The notes under the pieces were generated by a model. It was not told where the DNA came from. It did no database searches and saw only the letters and a list, made by a program, of their open reading frames with translations. The translations under genes and the position numbers were made by a program. From positions 36,456,001 through 36,520,000 of the forward strand of contig NC_091998.1 of NCBI RefSeq assembly GCF_044704955.1: a DNA stretch of 64,000 nt. The letters run 5' to 3'. The DNA comes from Pristiophorus japonicus (Eukaryota). This document shows positions 23,101 through 36,128 of the stretch, piece after piece. Numbering within the stretch: position 1 is the stretch's first letter; each line of letters starts with the position of its first letter.

Positions 23101-25262
23101 ACATATGAGGAGAGACTGGATCAACTGGGTCTTTATACACTGGATGAGAGGGGATCTCACAGAAACATATAAAATTCTGATGGGACTGGACAGGTTAGAT
23201 GCAGGAAGAGTGTTCCCGATGTTGGGAAAGTCCAGAACCAGGGGACATAGTCTAAGGATAAGAGGTAAGCCATTTAGGACTGAGATGAGGAGAAACTTCT
23301 TCACTCTGAGAGTTGTTAACCTGTGGAATTCTCTACCGCAGAGAGTTGTTGATGCCAGTTCATTGGATATATTCAAGAGGGAGATAGATATGGCCCTTAT
23401 AGCTAAAGGGATCAAGGAGTATGGAGGGAAAGCAGGAAAGGGGTACTGAGGGAATGATCAGCCATGATCTTATTGAATGGCGGTGCAGGCTCAAAGGGCC
23501 GAATGGCCTACTCCTGCACCTATTTTCTATGTTTCTATATTTCTATGTTTCTGCCTCCGAAGCTGGGAAGTCGCCTCTGGATCCGATTTTCTCCCTCCGG
23601 AGTCCTGCCACTGGAGCCTGGAAGGTGCGTTCGGGTCGTCTCAGCTGGATCATCTCCACGCAGTCGTGCTGAGCGGTCTGTGCCTCGGGTGCTGTGCTGG
23701 TCTGCTCTCCGGTGTCTGGTCCACTCTCAGGTGAGGGCTTGCTTTGTCTCTGAGCGCAAAGGGCTTCGATCGCTGGAGGGGTGAAGTCTTCCCATTTTTT
23801 ATGGATCTTGGTCCATCACCTGCAACAATCCACAGAGGTAACTTGTGTACCGCACCATCATGGAGTACCTTTACATTCACACTACCAACGATTGGGATGA
23901 TTTCATTGGTGTAGATGTGCAGCCTACATGAACCGGGACCAACTTGGGTCATTCAGCTTGATTGTCCCATAGGCTCTCAAAGGCTGCTTATCACTGACTG
24001 GCTCACCCCCGTGTCCACTTCCATGAAGACTGGAACACCATCTATCTCGACTTCCATCTTCAGCGGGGAACACTCGGTGTTGCAAGTAAACATACTATGT
24101 ACCTCCCTGTGGGGCTGGGCTGTCTCTCTGACTATCGTTTCATAATCCGCGCTGGATTCATGGCCATCTGCAGACTCTTCATCAACAAAGTGAGTCATAT
24201 TTCTATTACACATTCGCTGGAGGTGGCCCTTTGTGCTGCAGCCTTTGCACACATAGTCTTTAAAATGGCACTGGTGAACCCTGTGATTCCCTCCGCAACA
24301 CCAGCATGGTGCTACACGATTAGCCCCCCTCAGCGGACTCTGAGTTAAGGGACTCGGGCCTGTTCTCTCTTCCCTGAGAGGATTCGCGCTCTACAGTCCA
24401 GCTCCTGAACGGCACCACTCTGTGCACAGTACCTGCCGGGTTTGAGTCCTGAAGGTGAGACATCTGCCTAGAGCCGCAGGTCGAGGTCATGAATGACTGG
24501 CTCACAGAGATGGCCTTCTGCAGGGTGACTGGTATCCACCGATGGTAGCTTGTGAAGAAGGCCCTCGTGGCCAATTCCAGTGACAAAAATGTCCCGCAGC
24601 GCTTCGTTGAGGTGGGTGCCGAACTCGCGCGGTGCCGCCAGCCTCCTGAGGTCTGCGGGGTACTTCGCGATTTCCTGGCCTTCGGGCTGTCGGTGGGTAT
24701 AGAACCCGTCTCTGGCTGTGAGGATGCTCTCCTTGGGCTTGAGTTGCTCCTGGATCAGGGTTACGAGCTCCTTGTATGTCTTGGTCGTTGTCTTCGCTGG
24801 TGCCAACAAGTTCCTGACGAGGCCATAGACGTTGGGCCGACAACTGGTTCGCAGGACAGTGCGGCGCTTATCAGCCAGTGCGGCCGGGTCGTCTCCTGCC
24901 AGGTCATTTGCTGTGAAGAAATGTTCCAGTCTCTCGACAAAGGCGTCCCAATCATCACCATCGGTGATCTGCTGCAATGTACCAAGGGTAGCCATTTTCA
25001 CGTGAAAGTTCGCAATCCCGTTGCCAGTTGTTGTGTCCTTAGATGCTCTAACAATGACTCCATGAGGCAGTGTGTTGTACTTGAACTGTAGTGACCTTAG
25101 TCCTTTATTTGTTAACTCCAGAGTGAGGATTACACCTGGTGGCTTGCCTTTTATACTAGGCCTGGCACACCTGTACAGGTAACCTACAAGTCTCCCACTG
25201 CTGTGCCCTCTGGTGGCACATCTTGAGATAGTACCAACAGTAGCCATGTAGGATACATGACA
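20102..25262 (-). mobile_element. Non-autonomous Gypsy (Mag-like) element: LTRs 20102-20320 and 25029-25262, gag + protease only, TSD CTTTG
   Basis: Matching LTRs; PBS-like TGGCAACGGG; PPT at 20321; gag WDAFVERLEHFF..ND, protease EVDTGVSQS; CTTTG at 20097-20101 and 25263-25267. Confidence 0.88.
21612..23551 (+). mobile_element. 5'-truncated CR1 nested in the Gypsy element
   Basis: RT ORF pieces 21728-23449 and CTATGTTT tail. Confidence 0.92.
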
Positions 25263-25274
25263 CTTTGAGAAAAA

Positions 25275-25685
25275 GAAGGAATAACTTGCATTTATATAGC
25301 GCCAGACATCCCAAGGCACTTTACAGCCAATTAAGTACTTTTTGGAGTGTAGTCACTGTTGTAATGCAGGAAACGCGGCAGCCAATTTGCACACAACATG
25401 CTCCCACAAATAACAATGTGATAATGATCAGATAAACTGTTTTAGTGATGTTAATTGAGGGATAAATATTAGCCATGAAACCGGGGATAACTCTCCTGTT
25501 CTTCTTCCACATAGTGCCGTGGGATCTTTTACATCCACCTGAGAGAGCAGATGGGGCCTCGGTTTAACGTCTCATCCAAAAGGCGGCACCTCCAACAGTG
25601 TAGGACTCCCTCAGTACTGCACTGGAGTGTCAACCTAGAATTTTGTGTTTACGTCTCTGGAGTGGGACTTGAACCCACGACCTTT
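25275..25685 (-). mobile_element. Deu-domain SINE, near full length
   Basis: tRNA-like B box (GGTTCAAGTCC on minus), Deu core and ATATAAATGCAAG tail. Confidence 0.85.
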
Positions 25686-25701
25686 TCCCATAATTAAAGT
25701 C

Positions 25702-26427
25702 TGTTACGGAACCATAAACCGGATAGCCTGGGGTGAGAGAGAGGACTGAATAGGGAAGTTGTGGGTGAATTAACGATAGTGGGATCTTAATCAACAGTAA
25801 GAATGAGGCACAGGGTGGAGCTAGCTGTGGGAACAGAGGTCAGTTGTAGTTGTAACCGTATTGGGATATTATGAGAAGGAAAAAGGCCGGTGTAGTGCCT
25901 GGCTGTAAACTGAACTGTGGGCCTCTCACAGGACCATCAAGGACGCCATTTCACGTCAGTATGGGGCATGTTCCTTTGTGCTACCATAACTTCCCCAGAT
26001 ATGAGACTTGGTGGTGAAAAACAGATGATGTCAGGGGGTTAAAAGACCAGAACCTGAATAAGCAGAGGTTCTGTGCACGTGGTATCTTCAGGATTGGATT
26101 TTGGGGAACTGGATGTTAGTTCAGACAGGTTCCGTAGCCTTTGAATAGTAGTAAGGGTATAAGAAGGGGGTTCTGACAGCAACAGAGGGTAGAGGATTTC
26201 AGGAAGAAATCAGGGGATATCCGAGAGATAGAGACAAGATGCAAGAAACACAGGGTGTGGCTTCCCCACTGTCGTGCCTTCTACCCAGAGTATAACGGGG
26301 CAATATACATCTCAATTATGCTCCATAAAATGCTGCTCAAATACTATAATGTATTTAGTCTTGTTTGTGCTGAATAAAGTTTCATCATTGTTACTAATAC
26401 GGGCCAACTTCGAACCTTTCGGAAACA
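25702..26427 (+). mobile_element. Probable solo LTR (~726 bp; BEL/Pao- or ERV-like)
   Basis: Inverted termini TGTTACGGAA...TTCGGAAACA; flanks AAGTC/AAGCC (4 of 5 TSD); TATAAGA near 26157 and AATAAA near 26373. Confidence 0.6.
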
Positions 26428-26699
26428 AAGCCCTTCAAAGATCCCTACACACTCCTGTGAGGCACCTTGCAAAGTTTAACTATGTTAAAAGCGCTACCTC
26501 GAGACCCGGCTATTCCAACACACTCCTGGCTGGCCTCCCATCTTCCACCCTCCATAAACTCGGCTGCCCCCGTGTCCTAACTCACACCAAGTCCTGCTCA
26601 CCCATTACCCTCTGGCTTCCGGTTAAGCATCACCTCGATTTCAAAATTCTCATCCTTCTTTTCAAATCCCTCCATGGCCTCGCCCCTCCCTATCCCTGT

Positions 26700-29095
26700 A
26701 ACTATAATGCATGTACATAAGGTCTGCCCACCAAAAGGGGGCACTACTGTCAGAGGTCCTGGGTCATAGGTACACTCATGCTGGGCCCAGTATATAACCC
26801 GAACTTCACCTTTGTATCTTCACTTCTGGAAGCCAATAAAAATTGACCAGGTTACAACTAGTCACTGGCTCACAGTACGGAGTCCATTGTATCATTTCAT
26901 ACACCATAACTGTCGACGAGGCAAATATGAACCCACGCAAAAGTATAGCGAGCACAGCACGATCGAATAGTGTTGGAATTCTCGAGAGATTCAATGAGCG
27001 AGAGGATTGGGGAGATTTTACGGATCGTCTTGAGCAGTATTTCGTGGCAAATGACCTAAACAAAGACAAGGATGCAGAGAAGCGCAGGGCAGTTCTTCTC
27101 ACCGTCTATGGCCCCACGACCTATGTACTCATCAAGAATCTGTTCTCACCCACTATTCCTACAGAAAAGGATTACAAAGAACTGTGTGCTCTAGTTCGGC
27201 AACAGCTTAAACCCACAGAAGAAATCCTCATATCCAGATATCGTTTCTATACGCATGTTCGTCCAGAAGGCCAGGACGTAGCGGCATTTATTGCTGACCT
27301 GCGACATCTTGCAGGGCCTTGCAAATTTGGGCCTGCATTGGAAAACATGCTGTGTGACTTTTTCATGATCGGGGTCAACCACGAGGCGATCTTAGGTAGA
27401 CGCCGGACCACAGCAAGGTCATCACCATCGCCCAGGCTTGCATGTCCATAAAGAAAAGCACGAAGCAGGTATCGCGACAAAACAGGAACTCCACGGCAAG
27501 TACTGTGCACAAAATTGTATCGACGGCTGGCAGAGCTACACATGGCAGGGCCTACTCGACTGCATCAACAAGACCGGGAGCCGCTCAAAGTTCGCCATCG
27601 AGGGCCTACTCGACTGCGTATGCGAGAACGGGAGCCGCTCAAAGCCTGCCATCGAGCGCAAATCCGAGCTCAACGTGTTGGCGTTGTGGGGGCAATCACC
27701 AACCCCATCAGTGGCGCTTCAGGCAGTGGTATGCAGAGGGTGTGTGAGGACGGGGCACCTTTAGTGGACGTGTCCACAGCGGAGCAAGCGAGCTGCGACA
27801 CACCATGTGGATTTGGCGATGCAGCCCGAGGCATTTGAGAGCTCCGAGGAGGAAGTGTATAGTGTACATGCGTTCCTAACAAAAAGCCAACCGATAATGA
27901 TGGAGGTAAAATTAAATGGCATGCCAGTATCCATGGAATTAGACACGGATGTGAGTCAATCGATAATGAGCCAGAGGACTTTCGAAAAGCTGTGGGAGAC
28001 CAAGGCAGAGAGACCCAAGCTGAGCCTGATAAATGCGAAGTTGTGGTACCTACACCAAAGAGCTCATACCAGTGATCGGAAGTGCAGCAGTAAGAGTGTC
28101 GTACGAGGGAGTGGTTCATGATCTACCGTTATGGATTATCCCGGGCAACGGCCCATCGTTATTTGGCAGGAGTTGGCTCAAGAAAATAAAATGGAAATGG
28201 TACGATATCAAAGCTTTGTCATCAGCGGATGATGATTTGTGTGCTCAAGTGCTGAGCAAATTTCCCTCACTGTTTGAACCGGGAATTGGCAGCTTCAAGG
28301 GAGCCAAGGTGCAGATTCACCTAGGCCCAGACGCAAGGCCCATCCATCACAAACCAGGGCGGTCCCGCACATGATGAGAGAAAAGGTTGAGTTCGAATTG
28401 GACAGGCTACAATGTGAGGGGGTCATCTCACCGGTCAAATTTAATGAACGAGCCAGTCCCATTGTTCCGGTCTTAAAGAGCGACGGCACGGTCAGGATTT
28501 GTGGAGACTACAAGGTCATGATCAACTGAGTTTCAAAACAAGATCAGTACCCGCATCAGTGCAGCACTAGCATGCAGTTAAGCAATGCCCCAAAGGAAGC
28601 TCCGCTCAGTCTGTGGTCATGGCCATCCAAACCGTGGTCTAGAATCCACATCGACTTTGCGGGCCCCTTCCTCGGTAAAATGTTTTTTGTGGTGATGGAT
28701 GCAGACACCAAATGGATAGAATGTGTGATCATGTCATCCAGCACTTCCACTGCCACCATTGAGAACCTGAGAGCCATGTTTGCCACACATGGTCTGCCAG
28801 ACATCATTGTCAGCAACAACGGACCATGTTTCACGAACCTGAAGTTTCAAGAGTTCATGAAACGCAACGGCATAAAACACGTGAGGTCAGCCCCGTTCAA
28901 AGTCACGCCCAATGGTCAAACAGAGCGGGCAGTTCAAACTATCAAGTTTGAAACACGTAACTCACGGTTCCTTGCAGACACACCTGTCACGCATACTGTT
29001 CAGATACAGGACCACACATGCACACCAGGGTTTCACCTGCGGAACTATTGATGAAGAGAGGCCTCAAAACCAGGCTCTCTCTAGTCCATCCTGAC
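26700..29095 (+). mobile_element. Gypsy (Mag-like) element: 5' LTR (~26700-26909), PBS, gag, protease, RT start, deletion to integrase core; 3' end lost
   Basis: PBS-like TGTCGACGAG at 26911; gag DRLEQYFVANDL; MELDT protease; PWSRIHIDFAGP integrase. Confidence 0.88.
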
Positions 29096-29190
29096 CCTGG
29101 GATCACTGGGACAGATCACACAGTGACCCTGGGATCACTGGGACAGATCACACAGTGACCCTGGGATCACTGGGACAGATCACACAATGA
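29092..29190. repeat. 32-bp tandem repeat x3 at the Gypsy truncation point, followed by G-rich low complexity
   Basis: Unit TGACCCTGGGATCACTGGGACAGATCACACAG. Confidence 0.85.
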
Positions 29191-30109
29191 CAGGGATGGT
29201 GGAGTGTTGATGGGGTGATGGGGGGTGGGGGGGGGTTGGGGGGAGCGGTGTTGAGGCATTGATTGGGTAATAGGGGGTGACGGGGGGGAGGGGGTGTGAT
29301 GTGTGACAGGGGGGTGTGAGGTGGTGACGGGGGGTGACAGGTGGGGGGTGCAACCCCCCGCCCCCCCCCCACCAGCCCCGCACCCTCCCCCCATCACAGG
29401 TCCTGCTTCTCTCAGCGATACTATTGCCAAGCCTGAGTCCCTCCCGCCAGGCCCAGAGCCCGGTGCACAACAGCCGGCCAATGGTCAGATCCAGGCCAAG
29501 TACTCCCCGCAGGCAGGTTGTTGTATCCTGCGGCTGGGGCCTGAATGCTCCCCGCTCACTGGGCCAGAGTTCCGTTACCCAGTCCTGGTGCACACCCTCA
29601 AGCTGATGAGAAGCGTCTCCAATTATCGCTGCTGCCGGTCACTTATATACGCTGAACCACCTCTGTGCACAGAACTAGTGGTGCCATTGTGTGGGGCTTT
29701 GGACACTTCAGGAAGAATGTCAGGACTAGAGAGGGCACTTACAAGGGTCAGTAAAATAATCCCAGTGAGGAGAGGCTTTCGTGATGAGGAGAGATGAGAA
29801 ACTGGGGCACTTTCCATTCCAACATCTGGCGATCTGATAGAGAGCTTCAAAACGATGAAGGGTTTCAATAAGGGAGATCAGGGAAAACCATTTTAACTGT
29901 TGGCAACTGTCAATAACTGGAGGGATTACATTTTAAGATCATCAAACGAATGAAAGGGGAAATTCGATTCTTTACACCGAGAGTGGTTGGGCCATGGGCG
30001 GCCAGTGACTGGGTGAGCCTTGCTCTCCTCTACTGTAGGGTGAGTCCCCTTATGGCAACAAACTCAACTCAGTCCCTTGGGGACAGTCAGTTCCCCTCCG
30101 TATTCTGCT

Positions 30110-31487
30110 ACTTGAACGTCCCTGAACGTGTTGTCGCCTCCCAAATTCGGGCCCATCTTTCCCGGAGCTCTATGTCTGAATCCCTCCAGTCAGGTTTCTG
30201 CGCCTGCCACAGCACCGAAACAGCTCTCAACAAAGTCACCAATGACATCCTTTATGACTGACAAAGGCAAACTCTCTCTCCTTGTCCTTCTCGACCTGTC
30301 TGCAGCCTTTGACACGGTTGACCACTCCATCCTCCTCCAACGCCTCTCCACCTCCGTCCAGCTGGGTGGGACTGCACTCGCCTGGTTCCATTCTTATCTA
30401 TCTAATCGTAGCCAGAGAATCACCTGCAACAGCTTCTCTTCCCTCCCCCACATCGTTACCTCTGGTGTCCCCCAAGGATCTATCCTTGGGCCCCTCCTAT
30501 TTCTCATCTACATGTTGTCCCTTGGCGACATCATCCGAAAACACAGCGTCAGTTTCCACATGTACACCCAGCTCTACCTCACCACCACTTCTCTCAACCC
30601 CTCCACGATCTCAAAATTGTCAGACTGCTTGTCCGTCATCCAGCTCTGGATGAGCAGAAATTTTCTCAAATGAATATTGGAAAGACCAAAGCTGTTGTTT
30701 TCGGTCCCCGCCACAAACTCAGTTCGCTAGACACTGACTCCATCCCTCTCCCCAACAAACTGTTCGCAACCCTGGTGTCATATTTAACCCTGAAATGAGC
30801 TTTTGACCACATATCCATAGCATAACTAAGACTGTCTATTTCCCCCTCCGTAACATCGCCCATCTCCACCCTTGCCTCAGCTTATCCGCTGCCGAAGCCC
30901 TCATCCATGCCCTTTGTTACCTCCTGATTTGACTATTCCAACACACTCCTGGCCGGCCTCCCACATTCTTCCCGACATAAACTAGAGGTGATTCAAAACT
31001 CAGCAGCCCGTGTCCTAACTTGCACCAAGTCCCGCTCACCTATCACCCCCTGTGCTCGCTGACCTACATTGGCTCCTGGTTGAGCAACGCCTCAATTTCA
31101 AAATTCTCATCCTTGTTTACAAATCCCTCCATAGCCCTCTCCCCTCCTTATCTCTGTAATCTCCTCTAGCCCCACAACCCCCTGAGATGTCTGCGCTCCT
31201 CTAATTCTGCCCTCTTGAACATCCCTGATTATAATCGCTCCACCACCGGTGGCCGTGCCTTCTGTTGTCTCGGCCCCAAGCTCTGGAACTCCCTCCCTAA
31301 ACCTCTCCATCTCTCTACCTCTCTTTCCTCCTTAAAACCTATCTCTTTGACCAAGCTTTTGGTTACCTGTGCAAATTTCTACTTAAGCAGCTCGGTGTCA
31401 AATTCTTATCTCACAATGCTCCTGTGATGTGCTTGAGACGTTTCACTGTGTTAAAGGTGCTATATAAATGCAGGTTGTTGTTGTTGT
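30110..31487 (+). mobile_element. L2 LINE 3' portion with (GTT)n tail
   Basis: LLDLSAAFDTVDH and GVPQGSILGPLLF motifs; TATATAAATGCAGGTTGTTG tail. Confidence 0.9.
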
Positions 31488-33381
31488 TGTAAAGTCCTTA
31501 CTCTACAGCATGAAACCACACGAGGCACATTCTGGGGACAAGGTTACTCTGTGGCCTTAACTCTTTATTCACTCCAAAGTCAATGACCCTGCGTGGGACC
31601 TCCCTTTTTATACCTGTGTGATCAGGTAAGGAGTGTCTCCCACAAGTTCACCCCTTGTGGTCAAGGTGTGCATCAAGGTTGAGTGTATACAGTAATACAG
31701 TGGTGTTACATTGTAGTTACATACATGACATCACCTTCCCCGCCCCCACCTCCAAAGTCTTACTGGGATCATAGGTTTAGTCTTTCAGGTGGTCTACGCT
31801 CCCTCGTGGAGCACCGCAGTTGGGGCTCTGGTTGTTGGACACTGACGTGAGTGTCTGTCACCTGTGGTGATTCCGGCCTGTCCGGGCTGACCGCAGGGAC
31901 TGTGCATTCCTCTGATTGCTCTTGTTGCTCGTTCACTGGCGGTGTTGTGAGCTCCACCTCATGGTCTTCTTCAGGTTCCTCTGTGTCGGTGCTGAACCTT
32001 TTTTTTTACTTGGTCCAGACACTTATGGCATATCTGACCATTGTTGAGTTTTACCACGATGATCCTATTCCTCTCTTTGCCAATTACAGTGCCCTCAAGC
32101 CATGTGGGCCCCATGGTGTGATTGAGGATGAATACAGGATCATTTATTTCTATACATCTCCCCCTCGAATTACGGTCATGGTACTCGTTTTGTGACTTGC
32201 GCTTGCCCTCAACTATGTCGGTCAGGACTGGGTGAATGAGGGACAACCGAGTTTTGATTGTCGTTTCATTAGTAGCTCGGCGGGCGGGACCCCCGTGAAC
32301 GAGTGCGGTCGGGATCTATAGGCCAGCAGGAGGTGCGATAGGCGGCATTGTAGGGAGGGTCCTTGAATCCTGAGCATACCGTGCTTTATGATTTGGACCA
32401 CATGTTCCGCCTGGCCATTGGAGGCCGGCTTGAACGGCGCAGTCCTGACATGGTTGATGCCATTGCCCGACATAAACTCTCAGAATTCGTAGCTTGTGAA
32501 ACATGGTCCGTTATCACTAACCAGGATGTCCGGCAAGCCATGGGTTGCAAAAATCGCACGTAGGCTTTCCACAGTGGTGGATGATGTGCATGAATTCAGA
32601 ATGATGCACTCGATCCATTTTGAGTATGCAGCTATCACAATAAGGAACATCTTAACCATGAACGGGCCCGCATAGTCAACATGAATGTGTGACCATGGCC
32701 TGGTGGGCCAGGGCCACAGGCCCTGGGGGCATTACCCAGCTGGGCACACGTCGTGTACCTGCGAACAGAGTGTTCCAGGTCTGAACCAATTCCAGCCCAC
32801 CAAACGTGTGACCGGGCAATGGCCTTCATCAGCACAATGCCTGGGTGCTCGCTGTGGAGTTCCCTGATGAATGCCTCCCTGCCCTTCTGGGGCATAACTA
32901 CCCGGCTGCTCCATAGTAGACAGTCGGATTAGATGGAGAGCTCATCCATCCGTCTGTGGAACGGTCTGACCTCCTCAGGGCATGGTCCGTGTGCGGGCGC
33001 CCAATCCCCAGTCAGGATACATTTCTTAATCAGGAATAGGAGGGGATCTCTGTTTGTCCAGATTTTGATCTGGCGGGCTGTGATGGGGGAGCCTGTGCTG
33101 TCAAAGGCATCGACAGTCATGACCATCTCGGCGCTTTGCTCCGCTGCCCCCTCAGTGGTGGCCAGCGGAAGCCTGCTGAGCGCATCAGCACAATTTTCAG
33201 TGCCGGGCCGGTGCCGGATGGAGTAGTCATAAGCAGCCAGCGTGAGAGCCCATCGCTGTATGCGAGCTGATGCGTTGGCATTGACAGCCTTGCTGTCTGA
33301 CAACAGGGATGTTAATGGCTTGTGGTCCGTCTCTAATTCAAACTTCCTACCAAAGAGATACTGATGCATTTTTTTTACACC

Positions 33382-34584
33382 TTAGACACATGCAAGCGTT
33401 TCCTTCTCGACCATCCCATATCCCCGTTCTGCTTGAGAGAGCGACCTGGAGGCATAAGCCACAGGTTGTAGCTGACCCTCAGCATTACCCTGCTGCAACA
33501 TACACCCAACCCCATAGGACGATGCATCACATGTCAGAACCAATTTTTTACAGGGGTTGTACAGGGTCAACAACTTGTTTGAACAAAGTAGGTTTTGCGC
33601 CTGATCAAAAGCCCGTTCCTGACAATCCCCCCAAAACCAATCGCAACCCTTACGCAGGAGCACGTGTAGCGGCTCCAACAACGTGCTCAAGTTCGGCAGA
33701 AAGTTCCCGAAATAGTTCAACAGTCCCAGGAATGAACGCAACTCCGATGTATTGCAGGGCCTGGGTGCTCGTTGAATCGCCTCTGTTTTGGATTTGGTGG
33801 GCCAAATCCCATCTGCAGCAACCCTCCTGCCTAGAAACTCAACCTCAGGAGCTAAGAACACACATTTAGACTTCTTGAGTCGCAGGCCTACCCGGTCCTG
33901 TCGGCGTAGCACCTCTTCCAGGTTGTGGAGGTGTTCCTCGGTGTCTCGACCCGTGATGAGGATGTTGTCCTGGAATACGATCGTTCCAGGAATGGATTTA
34001 AGCAGGCTTTCCATGTTTCGTTGAAAAATCTCGGCCGCTGATCGAATGCCAAACGGACACCAGTTATAAACGAACAGTCCCTTGTGCGTGGTGATGGTGG
34101 TCAGTAGTTTAGATTTGCCGGCCAGTTCCTGGGTCAAAGAGGCTGAAGTGAGGTCCAACTTGGTGAACAGCTTGCCGCCTGCCAGCATGGCGAAAAGGTC
34201 CTCCGCTCTCAGGAGCGGGTAATGATCTTGTAGGGACACCCGATTGATTGTGGCCTTGTAGTCGCCACAGATCTTGACAGAGCCATCCGCTTTTAAGATG
34301 GGAATGATGGGGCTCGCCCAGTCACTGAATTCAACAGGCGAGATGATGCCCTCTCTCAACAGCCGATCCAATTCGCTTTTGATCTTTTCCCGCATCACAT
34401 ACGGCACCGCTCTGGCTTTGTGGTGCACTGGCCTGGCGTCCGGGGTGATGTGTATCACTACTTTAGTGCCTTTGAAAGTCCCGACGCCAGGTTGGAATAG
34501 TGAATCGAATTGTTGTAGGATTTGTGAGCACGAACTTCGCTCCATAGATGACATTGCGTGAACATCCCCCCATTTCCAGTTCAT
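33382..34584 (-). pseudogene. Gypsy pol fragment (RT + RNase H start); catalytic motif degenerate (FQDN)
   Basis: WASPI, ICGDYK, PFGIRSA, FQDNIL and TCDASSYG motifs. Confidence 0.85.
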
Positions 34585-34919
34585 CTCGGCTAATCAGCTC
34601 CTCCCCAACAGTGCGGGACCATTGACCTGGACAATCCAGAGTGGCAGCCAATTCACTAACCTGTTGTGTGTGACAGTCAACATTGCACAGCCTAGCACCG
34701 GAATGATTTCTTTAGTGTAAGTCCGTAATTGTGTCTCAATACATGCTGATTTGGGTCGACTGGCTTTAAGTGGTCATAGCTTCTCAAATTGCTGAACGCC
34801 CATGAGTGACTGGCTGGCCCCAGTGTCCAGTTCCATGTGTACAGGGATACAGTTTAATAAAACCCTCATCATCATTGGTGGCGTTTTGGTGTATGAACTG
34901 TGAATATTCGCCACATGGA

Positions 34920-36128
34920 TACAAGCATTCGATAAGGTGCCACACAAAAGGTTACTGCAGAAGATAAAGGTACACGGGGTCAGAGGAAATGTATTAGCAT
35001 GGATAGAGAATTGGCTGGCTAACTGAAAGCAGAGAGTCAGGATAAATGGGTCCTTTTCGGGTTGGAAATCGGTGGTTAGTGGTGTGCCACAGGGATTGGT
35101 GCTGGGACCACAACTGTTTACAATATACATAGATGACCTGAAAGAGGGGACAGAGTGTAGTGTAACAAAATTTGCAGATGACACAAAGATTAGTGGGAAT
35201 GCGGGTTGTGTAGAGGACACAGAGAGGCTGCAAAGAGATTTAGATAGGTTAAGCGAATGGGCTAAGGTTTGACAGGTGGAATACAATGTCGGAAAATGTG
35301 AGGTCATCCACCTTGGAAAAAAAAACAGTGAAAGGGAATATTATTTGAATGGGGAGAAATTACAACATGCTGCAGTGCAGAGGTGACCTGGGGGTCCTTG
35401 TGCATGAACTCTTTTGGGATCCTTGTGCATGAATCCCAAAAAGTTAGTTTGCAGGTGCAGCAGGTAATCAGGAAGGCGAATGGAATGTTGGCCTTCATTG
35501 AGAGAGGGATGGAGTACAAAAGCAGGGAGGTCCTGCTGCAACTGTACAGGGTATTGGTGAGGCCGCACCTGGAGTACTGCGTGCAGTTTTGGTCACCTTA
35601 CTTAAGGAAGGATATACTAGCCTTGGAGGGGGTACAGAGACGATTCACTAGGCTGATTCCGGAGATGAGGGGGTTACCTTATGATGATAGATTGAGTAGA
35701 CTGGGTCTTTACTCGTTGGAGTTCAGAAGGATGAGGGGTGATCTTATAGAAACATTTAAAATAATGAAAGAGATAGACAAGATAGAGGCAGAGAGGTTGT
35801 TTCCACTGCTCGGGGAGACTAGAACTAGGGGGCACTGCCTCAAAATACGGGGGAGGCAATTTAAAACCGAGTTGAGAAGGAATTTCTTCTCCCAGAGGGT
35901 TGTGAATCTGTGGAATTCTCTGCCCAGGGAAGCAGTTGAGGCTAGCTCATTGAATGTATTCAAACCATAGATAGATAGATTTTTAACCAATAAGGGAATT
36001 AAGGGTTATGGGGAGCGGGTGGGTAAGTGGAGCTGAGTCCACGGCCAGATCAGCCATGATCTTGTTGAATGGCGGAGCAGGCTCGAGGGGCTAGATGGCC
36101 TACTCCTGTTCCTAATTCTTATGTTCTT
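34920..36128 (+). mobile_element. 5'-truncated CR1 nested between Gypsy gag and protease, TSD ATGGA
   Basis: ATGGA at 34915-34919 and 36129-36133; host frame EVQWVH/VANIHSS rejoins. Confidence 0.92.
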
